A stretch of 64,000 nt of DNA from Candidatus Latescibacterota bacterium (GCA_965204725.1 OZ242005.1:1248001-1312000), one strand, 5' to 3'; counted from the first letter of the stretch, positions 19,021 through 29,016 are shown. The notes: generated from the sequence alone by a model not told the origin. Numbers and translations are program-made.

Positions 19021-19056
19021 ATCTGGTGGCCGTCCCTTGGGTCTAAACGATCCCGG

Positions 19057-19083
19057 CTGGATTCCCGCTTTCGCGGGAAGGAC
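19057..19083. repeat. REP-like palindromic element (CTGGATTCCCGCTTTCGCGGGAAGGAC)
   Basis: TTCCCGC/GCGGGAA stem; resembles the widespread GTCATTCCCGCGAAAGCGGGAATCCAG repeat; related copy at 28963. Confidence 0.75.
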
Positions 19084-19105
19084 TGAGACCGTCTCTACGG
19101 CTTGT

Positions 19106-20239
19106 TCAACACGACTTATATAGTTGAATGGTTTGCTGGGCCGCGCTTTCCCACGTGAAGGCTGCGGCCCGTTGTCGTCCTTGGCGCGATAGCTGTTGGC
19201 GGAGGGCGGAATCGGTTAGCAGGCACTGCATTCCGGCGGCAATGGCGGTGGGATCGAGCGGATCGACGAGCACCGCGTTTTCTCCGGCGACCTCGGCGAG
19301 CGAAGAGCGGTTCGACGTAAGCACCGGGCAGCCGCTGGCCATCGCTTCGAGCACGGGCAGCCCGAACCCTTCTATCAGCGATGGGAATGCGAAAAAGAGC
19401 GCGTGGGCAAAACAGGCGCGGATTTGGTCGTCGCTGAGCTGGCCGACGAGGAGCACCCGGTCGTTCAGCCCGAGCTGCCGCGCCAGCCGCACGAGCGCCG
19501 GGTTACCCTCGCCGCGACCGGCGAGCACGAGCGCGAGATCGGGATGGTCTGGGGCGACTTGGGCAAAAGCGCGGACCAGCCGCGGCAGGTTTTTGTAGGG
19601 CAAGCTGTTGCCCAAGCCAAACGCAAAAGGCCGGTCGGCAAAAAGCGCGTCAAGAGTCGCCGCTGAGTTGCCCGAGCCAAACAGGGCCGGTTCCGCGTTG
19701 CCCGCCTGCCAAGCGGAGGCCACGCCGTGCAGGATGACCGTAACCTTGTCGGCCGGTACGCCGCGGTCGAGCGCGGCTCGGCGCGTACTTTTGGAGACGG
19801 CGACGATGTGGTCGGCCGCAGCCATGGCCCGCCGGATACCCCAACTCCCAAGCGACCCCTTAACCCACCGCCGCCAGCGTCGGCCGTCGGCGAGATGGGG
19901 ATGATCCACCCAGATCAGGTCGTGCAGGGTGATGACGACGCGCCGAGCGCGGACGCCGATGGGGAGAAAGTGGAACAGGGAGTGGTACACGTCGGCGTCG
20001 AGCTCGTTGATGGCCCGGACGCCGACGAGGATGTTGTGCGGCGAAGAAATGTCGTGCGATGCGAAAATCTCCCTGAAGTTGGCCTGATCGGCGATGGGGC
20101 CATGGCGCGACGGCCGGCGGACGACGATGTACTCGTTTGCGCGGTCTAACGCGGCGATGTGCCGGACGAGGTCCGCGGCGTAGCGGCCGAGGCTGGTGGG
20201 CACGTCGCGCAGGGAGCGAGCATCGATGCAGATCCTCAT
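19106..20239 (-). CDS. Glycosyltransferase family 4
   Basis: Start MRICIDAR overlapping the upstream stop; ITLHDL, YKNL, FPSLIEGFGLPVLEAMASGCPV, FTWE. Confidence 0.93.
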   Translation of the reverse strand: MRICIDARSLRDVPTSLGRYAADLVRHIAALDRANEYIVVRRPSRHGPIADQANFREIFASHDISSPHNILVGVRAINELDADVYHSLFHFLPIGVRARRVVITLHDLIWVDHPHLADGRRWRRWVKGSLGSWGIRRAMAAADHIVAVSKSTRRAALDRGVPADKVTVILHGVASAWQAGNAEPALFGSGNSAATLDALFADRPFAFGLGNSLPYKNLPRLVRAFAQVAPDHPDLALVLAGRGEGNPALVRLARQLGLNDRVLLVGQLSDDQIRACFAHALFFAFPSLIEGFGLPVLEAMASGCPVLTSNRSSLAEVAGENAVLVDPLDPTAIAAGMQCLLTDSALRQQLSRQGRQRAAAFTWESAAQQTIQLYKSC

Positions 20240-20982
20240 GGAGCGAGGCTGGCGCAGTAACTGGGGATGTGCTCCAGCGCGGCCCGGGGCCAAACTCGGA
20301 AGTCGGCATAGGCGGCCGCGGCGTACCCTTGGGTCGAATTGGCATCGGTGAGCAAGGCGATGCCAATGGTTTTTTTTGGCAGGTTGGACGACAAGACGCG
20401 CTCGTGATCCCGCTCTAGATCGACTTGCTCTTGGAGCCATTGTCCCAGTTTCTCTGGCCCGCTTTCGAGCACGACAAACCAAGGGCGGGCAATGCCTTTG
20501 CGGCGGGCGACAGTGCCAATGGCTAAGGTCGTGCTCCAGACGTATTTGATCTGGCGCGGGATGCCGAGGAAGTTTTTCGAAAAAATGACGTGTACTCCGG
20601 CCGCGCTGTCGTTGGTCTCGGTATAGCGCTCGTCGCCGCCCGGCGGCAGGGCGGCGGTGCGCCAGCACCAAGTCATAATTGGGTATTGCCGCGGATCCCA
20701 GTGGAATCGCTTCATGAGGATGACCGAGTGGCCGGTGTCTTGGGCGGCTAGGTAGCGGCGGCCGTTGGCCTCGCGGACGGCGTAGAGCTTGGGTTTGTCG
20801 TCGTCTTTGCCGCGCCAGCGCCAGCCCCGGGGCAGGCTGTCTAGGGGCGTGGTGGCAAAGTCTTCGATGACGATGTACGGGGGGGCTTCGTGCCCGCCTC
20901 CATCCGCCGGCGCGTCTTGGGCAGAGGCAGTGTAGAGAGAGAGGACGCAGTAGCCCGCCAAAGCGAGTATGGGTCGACGCAT
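20236..20982 (-). CDS. DUF3047-like exported protein
   Basis: Signal peptide; YPIMTWCWR, DER...NDSAA, IKYVWS, GIALLTDANST. Confidence 0.7.
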   Translation of the reverse strand: MRRPILALAGYCVLSLYTASAQDAPADGGGHEAPPYIVIEDFATTPLDSLPRGWRWRGKDDDKPKLYAVREANGRRYLAAQDTGHSVILMKRFHWDPRQYPIMTWCWRTAALPPGGDERYTETNDSAAGVHVIFSKNFLGIPRQIKYVWSTTLAIGTVARRKGIARPWFVVLESGPEKLGQWLQEQVDLERDHERVLSSNLPKKTIGIALLTDANSTQGYAAAAYADFRVWPRAALEHIPSYCASLAP

Positions 20983-21000
20983 TGCTCTATCTCGCGGGGG

Positions 21001-22032
21001 TCAGTGCGGGTTTTCTTGTTCCTGAAGTACGGTCAACGCCGTTGAGGCGCGGCGCTGGAGCGCGGTGCGACTCATGTAGCTGAGCAAGGTCCAGCCAATG
21101 AAAATCCAGAATACGCGGCGCAGGCGGCGCGTAAGCCCCACGGACAAGCCCAGCGCCGGGTCTAGCCCCAAGCTGGCAAACAAAAAGACTAAGCTCCCCT
21201 CCATCACCCCGATATTGGAGGGCATAAAAAAGAACAGCCCGTTGATAACCGCCCCCAGCGCGTTGAGCACAAAGCAGAACCAGAAGCCGATGTCCGCATC
21301 GAGGGCGCGGAGGATGACGTAGGTCTCGCAGGTGCCCAGAAACCAGCCGATGCTCTGGAAAAACAGGGCCTGCAAGAAGCGGACCCGGTGCAGGCGGTAG
21401 AAGGTGCCGATGTTGGTATCGATGCGCGCCGCCCGCCCCATATTGCGCTCGATCAAGTCGGTTCGCAGCCCAGCCGAGCGCAGGAGTTTGAGCAGGGAAG
21501 TGAACATGCGCTCTTGGTGCTTGTAAAATAGATAGAGGGCCACCGGGCTGGCCACGAGCAGGAACGCGAATAAGGCGCGGTACTCCAACGGAATCAGCTC
21601 GGACACGTCGTGGTAGTAAAACAACAGCCCTAGGCCGAGGATGGTAAAGGTCAGGCCGACGACGAGCTGGGCGGTTTTGTCAACGACCACCGAGGCCATG
21701 CCGCGCGGGCCGGGGGTCCGGTGGGTGAGCAAGTAGGCCTTGACCGGCTCGCCGCCGAGATTGGCCAGCGGCGTTAGCTGGTTGACGGCTTCGCCGGCCA
21801 GCTTGGCCGCAAAGAGCATGGGCAGCCGCGGTTTGAAGGCGTCGGGCGGGAAGGCGAAGTTCCAAGCGATCGTGTTGGAGAGGTGCCAAGCGCACGAGGG
21901 CAGCAACAGCAAGGGGAACATCCACTTGATCGCGTCTAAGTGGTGGAGAACCTCATCGACGCCGAGCTGACCGACGAGATAGCCCAGCAGCAAGAAGCCG
22001 AGGGCGACCATGGAAATTTGCAGGGCTTTCAC
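21001..22032 (-). CDS. Lysylphosphatidylglycerol synthase TM/flippase-like protein (UPF0104)
   Basis: GTG start overlapping the upstream stop; AGEAVNQLTP.ANLGGEPVKAYLL, PSNIGVMEG, RRLRR. Confidence 0.85.
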   Translation of the reverse strand: MKALQISMVALGFLLLGYLVGQLGVDEVLHHLDAIKWMFPLLLLPSCAWHLSNTIAWNFAFPPDAFKPRLPMLFAAKLAGEAVNQLTPLANLGGEPVKAYLLTHRTPGPRGMASVVVDKTAQLVVGLTFTILGLGLLFYYHDVSELIPLEYRALFAFLLVASPVALYLFYKHQERMFTSLLKLLRSAGLRTDLIERNMGRAARIDTNIGTFYRLHRVRFLQALFFQSIGWFLGTCETYVILRALDADIGFWFCFVLNALGAVINGLFFFMPSNIGVMEGSLVFLFASLGLDPALGLSVGLTRRLRRVFWIFIGWTLLSYMSRTALQRRASTALTVLQEQENPH

Positions 22033-23321
22033 GCGGCTTCCTCTCGCTTGACGGCCGGTGCCGGAAGCGAGGTGACTTGCGGTTGGGTGGTGCGCTGGTG
22101 GCCCGTCAGTCGATAGTGGGTGGTCAAAACGCCCAGTGTCAACACGTGGACCAGGACGACCAAGCTCCAATACATGACCGCCAACAGATTGGCCACTAAG
22201 CCGATGGCAATGAACAACGAGAGGAAGTCCCGCTTGGCCATAAAGCCGGTGCGCTCTAGGAATCGATAGCCCCAGTCTTTTTCGGAATCGGGCACCTTGT
22301 TGATCAAGTCGCCGAGGTAGGATTGCAGGCTGCCGGTGCCGGTTCTCAGGGCGTAGGTGTAGAGCAAGACGAAGGTCAGGACCAGCGAGGCGATGGCGGA
22401 GATGCCGGCGTAGATGGGCAGGTAATCGCCGGGATAGAGCTGCCGCATACCGGCTATCAGGGCGACGCACCAGCAGAGATACGCGAGGTTGTCGGTTATG
22501 GTGTCGAACCACGCGCCAAACCGGGTCTCGGCCAGCTTGACGCGGGCGATCTCGCCGTCGCAGCCATCGAGGATGGAGGCGAGTTGCCAGAGGACGCCCG
22601 CACAGGCGAGCCGCAGGTAATCGTCGGGCTGGGTCGCCAGATAGGCGGCGAGCAGGCCCGGGCACAGGACCAAGAAAAAGGTCACCATGTTGGGCGAGAT
22701 GCCGGTATCGACGAGGAGCTTGCTGAGGGGCACGGAGATCCGCACGTTGAGCAGGCGTGCGACCGTGCCGCTGGTGGCCTTGCTCACTTGGTCGAAGAGC
22801 ATGTTCTTAGCGGCCCGGGCGCTGCGCTTGTCGGTGACGCGTTGCCACAGGTGCGGCGCGATGGCTTCGCGGCGGTGTGGACGCGCTGCGAGCGAGTGCC
22901 AGAGGTCGCCGGTTAGCGCGTCTGGAGGCAGTGCGCCCGGTGCGCTGAGGAACGCGCCGCTGCTGACGCGCCCGCCGTCGCTGGTCTGCGCGACGAGGGC
23001 GTCTCGTTGCAGGCCCGCGTTGATGAGGGCGCGCAGCGAGGAGTGGTGGTGGACGCAATCGCCCTTGAGCAGCAGCACGGGCGCGTCGGGTAGGCCGGCG
23101 GCCTCCGGGGTGGTTTGCTCTACTTGGATGTCGAGGTCGGGAACCGGGGATTTGCCGAGGGGGGCATGGCCGGGGGGGAGTACGACCAAGACGCGCTTGA
23201 TGCCCGCGCTCGCCATGGTGCGGATCCCGCGCTGGAGGAGGGTGCGGCCAGCGACCTGCGTATTGGTTGGAGCGCCAGCGGGAAAAACCAAAATCCCTTG
23301 CTCAATGGCGTGCTCTCGCAT
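22029..23321 (-). CDS. CDP-alcohol phosphatidyltransferase with N-terminal NTP-transferase-like domain
   Basis: SPNMVT and DGCDGEIAR-x7-FGAWFDTITD signature; N-terminal VAGRTLLQR...AGIKRVLVV. Confidence 0.85.
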   Translation of the reverse strand: MREHAIEQGILVFPAGAPTNTQVAGRTLLQRGIRTMASAGIKRVLVVLPPGHAPLGKSPVPDLDIQVEQTTPEAAGLPDAPVLLLKGDCVHHHSSLRALINAGLQRDALVAQTSDGGRVSSGAFLSAPGALPPDALTGDLWHSLAARPHRREAIAPHLWQRVTDKRSARAAKNMLFDQVSKATSGTVARLLNVRISVPLSKLLVDTGISPNMVTFFLVLCPGLLAAYLATQPDDYLRLACAGVLWQLASILDGCDGEIARVKLAETRFGAWFDTITDNLAYLCWCVALIAGMRQLYPGDYLPIYAGISAIASLVLTFVLLYTYALRTGTGSLQSYLGDLINKVPDSEKDWGYRFLERTGFMAKRDFLSLFIAIGLVANLLAVMYWSLVVLVHVLTLGVLTTHYRLTGHQRTTQPQVTSLPAPAVKREEAA

Positions 23322-23391
23322 GCGTTGCCGTTCAATTTATTGTTGTGGATAAAAGAAGTGCTTTATAAACAAACACCTAGTATAAGGATTT

Positions 23392-25476
23392 TTGCCTAGT
23401 TTGTCGGACCTTAATTTTATGCGACCGTTGAGTTACAATGGACAAAAAGGGCGCGTCATAGCGGCTACAACCCTCATCTGGCTCCTGCTGGTCTGCGGGG
23501 CGACGGCTAGCAGTGCCCAGCGACACCATTGGCAGATCGGCGGCGCGGGCTTGGCGTGGAGTGAGCACGATTCTGCTGTGGTGCTCATTGATTTCGATTC
23601 AGTGCCCGGCGCGATCCAACCCGTCTATATCGACCCCAACCAAAGTTTGCTCGCGCTCTTTAGCGGCTGGGAACCCCTCAAAGAGCCGCGCGAGTTGTCT
23701 TATGTCGAGGGCGAGACGCCCCGGGCGTGGAAGGGTTCGCAGGGCAACGAGACGACGGCCCACAATGGAACCTATATGGTTGATGGCGACAGTATGTCGT
23801 TCAATCCGCCGGTCTCGTCCAATCCCGAATCCGTCTGGTACACCCTAGATCTGGCCGTACCGGTGCCGGCGCATCGCTTTGGTTTTTTTACGCCGCCGCG
23901 CGGCTTTCGCTCCGACGGGATTCCCTTTGCCCAAGATGCCGTGCCCGCCTACGAGGTATCCATCGCCGCAGAAGGCGACCCCAGTTGGCTTTTGGGCAGC
24001 CAGCCGTATAAGCGAATTGGCCGGCTGATCGCCGATGTAGCCGAAAATTTTGCCGCCCGAGTACAGATCGAGTTCCCTCGGCAATACGTGCGCTTTGTGC
24101 GCTACAAGCGGAAGACGTCGCTTTTGGATTCGGCCGAGGGGCAGACCTACAGCACCGGCTCGGGGGCGGCTTTCAAAGGCTCAATCGGGGACTTTGAGCT
24201 TTTTGGCGAGGGGGTGCCGCGCCGGGTGGTGTACCGCTCGCGGATTTTCGACTTGGGTGCGCCCCGCAACTTCGGCCGCTTGTCTTGGGCGGCGACGCCG
24301 TTGCGCGTGGTCAATGGCGAACTGGTGGCGGCGCCCGATGCTGAGGTGGGAGTAGAGGTGGAGGTGCGCACCGGGCGCGACGGGGATCCAAACATCTACC
24401 ACGAGTACACGGACCGCGGCGGCGAGGAAGTGGTGACGCGCACGCGCTACGATTTGGTGCTACAGCCGCGCTGGCGCGCCGGTCTCCTGCGCGAGCCACG
24501 ACCGGGCATGCGCGCCTCTATTCAGCACGATAGCGACAACTGGTCTTTTTGGTCGTTGCCCTTTGCCGAACCGGGGCAGGCGATAGGCCTCAAAGGGGGG
24601 AGCCATTTCCAGTTGCGGATTACGCTCAAAAGCGAGGACTTTGCCGCGTTCGTGCGGCTTGACTCCTTGTGGATTGAGACCGCGTCGCTGCTGGCTAGCC
24701 GGGTCGTGGGCGAGATGGCGCTCGCCGGCGATGCGCAGCCGGCCGGAGGCTTGACCCAAGTGCCGTTGGGCCAAGCGGCGGAACTGATCTACGATATTCG
24801 CGGCGAGTTTGCCGCTGCGGAGGCGGGCTTTGACGCGCTGAGGATTCGCACGGGGACGCGCGCGGCCTTTACCCGGTTGGAGATGGGGGACCCCCCGGTT
24901 GCAGTCGAGCCGGTTGCGGTCGTCGAAGGCGAGGAGGAACTAACGGTCGTGTTGCCCGAGCGGATCGGGCCGGGGTACGCAAAGGGGGCGCGAGTCGTTT
25001 TTGTCGCCGAGGTGTTCGCGCTGGCTTGGACGTTTTCGGGTGAAGTCTATAACGCTGGCGTCGATGCGCTGCCCCAGCCCGTCGAACCGGGCGATGCCAG
25101 TGCCGAACTGGGGACCAACAGCCTGCGGATCTTAGGGATGGCCGGACCCAGTGCTGAGCCGGTGGTAGGGCTGAATTTTTCCTCTAGGGTGCTGACACCC
25201 AATGGCGACGGGGTTCACGACGAGGTCGAGATCGGCTATGCACTCGTAGGGTTGCCCGAGGATGTGCCCGTGGTGTTCAAGGTGTATTCGCTCGACGGGA
25301 GGCCGGTGGCCAAGCGGTCGTTGGGGGCGCAGCGTTTCGGGGCGCAGCGGGTGCGCTGGGATGGGCGCGATGGCGATGGAGTTTTGTTGTTGCCCGGCCT
25401 CTATCTAGTTGAAATAGCACCCGAAGCCGAGCGGACGGGGCGTCGGCGGTTGCGCCCGTTAGCGTTGATCTACTGA
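23392..25476 (+). CDS. Secreted protein with C-terminal PNGDG/FlgD-Ig-like domain ('type A' paralog)
   Basis: Signal peptide; WQIGG N-terminus; RTGRDGDPNIY; WSFWS; LTPNGDGVHD...WDGRD...PGLY...ALIY*. Start may be 23419. Confidence 0.8.
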   Translation: MPSLSDLNFMRPLSYNGQKGRVIAATTLIWLLLVCGATASSAQRHHWQIGGAGLAWSEHDSAVVLIDFDSVPGAIQPVYIDPNQSLLALFSGWEPLKEPRELSYVEGETPRAWKGSQGNETTAHNGTYMVDGDSMSFNPPVSSNPESVWYTLDLAVPVPAHRFGFFTPPRGFRSDGIPFAQDAVPAYEVSIAAEGDPSWLLGSQPYKRIGRLIADVAENFAARVQIEFPRQYVRFVRYKRKTSLLDSAEGQTYSTGSGAAFKGSIGDFELFGEGVPRRVVYRSRIFDLGAPRNFGRLSWAATPLRVVNGELVAAPDAEVGVEVEVRTGRDGDPNIYHEYTDRGGEEVVTRTRYDLVLQPRWRAGLLREPRPGMRASIQHDSDNWSFWSLPFAEPGQAIGLKGGSHFQLRITLKSEDFAAFVRLDSLWIETASLLASRVVGEMALAGDAQPAGGLTQVPLGQAAELIYDIRGEFAAAEAGFDALRIRTGTRAAFTRLEMGDPPVAVEPVAVVEGEEELTVVLPERIGPGYAKGARVVFVAEVFALAWTFSGEVYNAGVDALPQPVEPGDASAELGTNSLRILGMAGPSAEPVVGLNFSSRVLTPNGDGVHDEVEIGYALVGLPEDVPVVFKVYSLDGRPVAKRSLGAQRFGAQRVRWDGRDGDGVLLLPGLYLVEIAPEAERTGRRRLRPLALIY

Positions 25477-25487
25477 GGGCATAGAGC

Positions 25488-27836
25488 ATGGCGATGCGCT
25501 CGTTTTACGCGCTACTCTTGGGAATCGGAGCGGTATGGGCCGATGCGCTCCGCTTCGACAGCGCGGCCGCGTGGCGGACTTGGCAGATGCCCAATGATTT
25601 GGTGCAGATCGAGGCCGACGGCCGACTGCGGCTGACCAAGTTCCGCAAGGAGATCAACGCCGTGGCCAACGCCGGCGACTTTCGCCATCCAACGCAGGAG
25701 CGCGGCGAGGTGACCGGCGGGATCTGGGAGGCCAAGAGCAATCCGCAGATGGCAGATTTGATCGTCGATGGCGATGCGGCAACCTTCTGGCAACCCGACC
25801 TCGACGATGCGCTCGATCAGTGGTCGGTGCAGATAGATTTGGGGCGTCCGGTGCTGGCGCGCCAAATTCGCTTGCTCTTTCCCGACCGCGAGGGCGCGCG
25901 GCCCTTGCGGCAATTCAGCGTCTTTGTCGCCTCGGGTGCCCGCATCCAAGCGCTCAACGATGTATTCAAATTTGCAGCCGTCTATCGCACCTCCAGACCC
26001 AATAGCGCGACCGAACTGGTGATTCCCTTGGAGTATCTAAGAACCGACAGCACCTATGTCCTCGACGAGGGGCTGGTGCTCGATTTAGAGCGCGAGCAGC
26101 GCTTTCAAGTGATTCAGTATATCATCATCGAGATTGACGAACACACCCCGGGTGTGGGGCTAGCCGAGGTCGAGGTCTTGGCGGTGGGGGACAATGTGAG
26201 CTTGGGCACGGCGGGTCGCGGTGGCAGTTTTCTCGAAGGCGGTCGGACTACGGGCGCGGCGCTCATGTTCGACGGCGATATGGACAGCTTCGCGCTGTTG
26301 ACCAGCGCCGAGGGAGGATGGCTGGAAGCCGGCGTGTGGTGGCGAGTGGATTTAGGGGCGGTGTTTTTCCTCGACGAGTTGTTCATGTACTTCAGCCAGC
26401 TCGGCGAAGGGTTGCGCAGCCAAGTCCAAGGCGGCAATCCCTCGGCGGCTGGCGGTTTGTTTCTGGTGTCCGACGGCCGCCCGGCCGCTGGTTCGGGGTT
26501 GCCGGTCCCCGAGCGGACGGACTACGAGGTTCTGGTCGAAGATCGCTGTCGGCCCCAGTGCCTCGGCCGGCTCTTTCACCAGCGCTATCTGTTTGCTCCG
26601 CGCAAGGTTCGCTATCTACTTTGGCACGAAATTGACGGGACGCCGCCGGGGTTTGGTTGGGGCTTGGAGGCGATGCTTTTTTCTGCGGGTCATCCGGCCC
26701 AAGTGAACATGCGCTCGGACTTTATCGACTTGGCGGCGCAGGCGGGCACCGGCCGGCCCCAAGTGATCGAGCGGATTACATGGGAGGCCGACCTGCCGCC
26801 GCAGACCAAAATTCAACTGCGTTCGCGCTCGGGCAATTCCCTACAGGAAGTGTACACGTTCTTCGATCGCAAAGGCGACATCGTCACCGAGGAAAAGTGG
26901 AACAGCTTGCCCAAGGTCTTAAAAGGGACCATTGATACGACCTTGGTCGTTGGCGAAGATTGGGACGCTTGGAGCAATGTGTATCAGGCTTCGGGCGAGT
27001 CCTTCCAATCGGCGAGCCCGCGTCGCTTCGTGCAATTGGAGATGATTCTGACCACAGACGACCCGCAGGTGGCTCCGACTGTGGATGCGCTGGCCATAGA
27101 GTTTACCGACGCGCTCGTGCAGGCGGCGCGGGGGCAAATCTGGCCTCGGGAAGCCCGGCTCAATGAGGATACGCGCTTTACCTATACGCTGTGGCCGGGC
27201 ACCGACGGGCAGGACAGCGGTTTTGATCGCTTGCGCTTTCACATTCCCGGTGCGACTACGGGCCAAGTGGCCCTGCGGATCGGCGGCGAGGAGACTGCGC
27301 CCGAGGCGGTGCAGTGGCGCGGCGATTCGCTGTGGGTCTTGTTGCCGCGCCTCGTGGTCGCCGATTCGGTGGAAGTGGATTTTACAGCGCGGCTTTGGGA
27401 CAACGCCGCGCTGTTCGCGCTCGATCTGGGCTTGGGCGAGCGCCCGGGGATCTGGCAGTCCGTAGTACCGAGCGAGCGCCGGGCCAATATCGTGTTGTTG
27501 CCCGACCTGCCCAGCCGAGCGGCACTCGTCGGCGATGTGGAGATCGCGCCCGCGGCGTTTACGCCCAACGGCGATGGGGTGAACGACGCGGTGGAGATTA
27601 GCTTTATGGTATTCAAGGCCAAGGGCATCCAGCCACAGGTGCAGATTTTTGACGTCGCCGGTCGGTTGGTGGCCCAGCCCACGGGTAGCGAGGTTGCTGG
27701 GCGCTGGCACTTTCGCTGGTCGGGGCAAACTGGGGGCCGTCAGTTGGCGTTGCCGGGGATGTATCTTTGCCTCATTGACCCGGGGACGGCGAGCCGGGGC
27801 GAGGCAGTCTTGCGCCCCCTTGCTTTGGCCTATTAG
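25488..27836 (+). CDS. Secreted protein with discoidin-like and C-terminal PNGDG/FlgD-Ig-like domains ('type B' paralog)
   Basis: LRFDSAAAWRTW; DGDAATFWQP..WSVQIDLGR; RSRSGN; WDAWS; SPRRF; FTPNGDGVND...PGMY...ALAY*. Confidence 0.8.
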   Translation: MAMRSFYALLLGIGAVWADALRFDSAAAWRTWQMPNDLVQIEADGRLRLTKFRKEINAVANAGDFRHPTQERGEVTGGIWEAKSNPQMADLIVDGDAATFWQPDLDDALDQWSVQIDLGRPVLARQIRLLFPDREGARPLRQFSVFVASGARIQALNDVFKFAAVYRTSRPNSATELVIPLEYLRTDSTYVLDEGLVLDLEREQRFQVIQYIIIEIDEHTPGVGLAEVEVLAVGDNVSLGTAGRGGSFLEGGRTTGAALMFDGDMDSFALLTSAEGGWLEAGVWWRVDLGAVFFLDELFMYFSQLGEGLRSQVQGGNPSAAGGLFLVSDGRPAAGSGLPVPERTDYEVLVEDRCRPQCLGRLFHQRYLFAPRKVRYLLWHEIDGTPPGFGWGLEAMLFSAGHPAQVNMRSDFIDLAAQAGTGRPQVIERITWEADLPPQTKIQLRSRSGNSLQEVYTFFDRKGDIVTEEKWNSLPKVLKGTIDTTLVVGEDWDAWSNVYQASGESFQSASPRRFVQLEMILTTDDPQVAPTVDALAIEFTDALVQAARGQIWPREARLNEDTRFTYTLWPGTDGQDSGFDRLRFHIPGATTGQVALRIGGEETAPEAVQWRGDSLWVLLPRLVVADSVEVDFTARLWDNAALFALDLGLGERPGIWQSVVPSERRANIVLLPDLPSRAALVGDVEIAPAAFTPNGDGVNDAVEISFMVFKAKGIQPQVQIFDVAGRLVAQPTGSEVAGRWHFRWSGQTGGRQLALPGMYLCLIDPGTASRGEAVLRPLALAY

Positions 27837-27868
27837 TTCCTCAACCCAAACAAGCAAAGGTAGATAGC

Positions 27869-28894
27869 ATGGCAGTTAAAACCTGTTTGATGATAGGGGC
27901 CAGCGGCATGGCTGGCGGTTGGATCGGACGGATGACCGAGCGTCTCGGCGACAGAATCCAGATCGTCGGGCTGGTGGATGTGAACGAGGAAGTTCTCGCG
28001 GCCCAAGGGACCAAGCTCGGCTTGGGGGATGAGCAACTCTTTGCCGATTACAAAGAGGCTTGCGCCGAGGTGCAGGCCGATTTCTGCGGCATTGCCACTC
28101 CGCCGCAATTCCACAGCCCGCAGGCCATGGCCGCGCTGGAAGCGGGGATGCCGGTTATTTGCGAGAAGCCGATTGCCGACACCTTAGCAGCGGCTAAGGC
28201 CATGGCCGCCAAGGCCGCGGAGACGGGGTTGCCGTGCTCGATTATTCAGAATTACCGCTACGCGCCCAACAAGCAGGAGGTGGTGCGGATTCGCGAGGAA
28301 GGGCGCTTGGGGCGGCTGCAACACATCGTTGGCCGCTACGCCTGCGACTATCGAGACTATTTATCGTGGGGCAAGGCTTGGCGACACGACATGGATTTCA
28401 GCTTGCTCTTTGAGGGCGCGGTGCATCACTTCGATATGATGCGCTTTTTATCCGGGGGAAATTGCGAGGTGTTTCAAGGGTTTGGGTGGAACCCGGCGTG
28501 GTCGAGTTTTAAGCACTATTCGAGCGGGTTTTATCTGATGCGGATGGACAATGGCGTGCATACGGCATACGAGGGGAACAGTTCGGCCGCCGGGATTACG
28601 AGTTGTTGGCAACGCGAGTACTATCGCCTAGAATTTGAGGAAGGGACGGTGGAGATCGGCGGGGGAGACGAGGTGCGAATTTATCGGGTGGGGCAGGAGG
28701 TGGAGGTGTATGCGGCGCCGGCTATGGAGTGGGCTGGGCACGACTATTTGTTCAAGGAGTTTGTGGATTGGCTGGAGGGAGGCGCGGCGTCGGCGACGCG
28801 GATTGAAGATAACTTGCAGAGCTTCGCGTTGGTGATTGCGGCGATGGAGACGACTGAGGATGGGGAGCCTAAGCGAATTGAGGCGTATCTATAG
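27869..28894 (+). CDS. Gfo/Idh/MocA family oxidoreductase
   Basis: IGASGMA, ATPPQFH, ICEKP, QNYRY, EGAVHHFD. Confidence 0.92.
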   Translation: MAVKTCLMIGASGMAGGWIGRMTERLGDRIQIVGLVDVNEEVLAAQGTKLGLGDEQLFADYKEACAEVQADFCGIATPPQFHSPQAMAALEAGMPVICEKPIADTLAAAKAMAAKAAETGLPCSIIQNYRYAPNKQEVVRIREEGRLGRLQHIVGRYACDYRDYLSWGKAWRHDMDFSLLFEGAVHHFDMMRFLSGGNCEVFQGFGWNPAWSSFKHYSSGFYLMRMDNGVHTAYEGNSSAAGITSCWQREYYRLEFEEGTVEIGGGDEVRIYRVGQEVEVYAAPAMEWAGHDYLFKEFVDWLEGGAASATRIEDNLQSFALVIAAMETTEDGEPKRIEAYL

Positions 28895-28962
28895 GAAGGC
28901 TTGATGAAGATGTGCGATTGGCCACAAGAGGCACAAAAAGCACAAAGAGGGGTTTAGAGACA

Positions 28963-29016
28963 GTCCTTCCCGCGAACGGACGTCACCCCGTGCCCCGACA
29001 TGGGGCGAGAATCCAG
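28963..29016. repeat. REP-like element with a second palindrome nested in its loop
   Basis: GTCCTTCCCGCGAA-[CGGACGTCACCCCGTGCCCCGACATGGG]-GCGAGAATCCAG; compare with the reverse complement of 19057-19083. Confidence 0.65.

Noticed and set aside
20240-22665. Long N-terminal extensions of ORFs 19106..20671 and 21001..22665 (also 29054..30229, 30407..31552, 50024..50935, 56042..57220)
   Set aside because: The extensions overlap real upstream genes or lack family motifs; downstream starts fit better.
23344-23352. Perfect DnaA box (TGTGGATAA) as oriC
   Set aside because: A single box in a short divergent intergenic region with no replication genes nearby; could be chance or a lone regulatory site.
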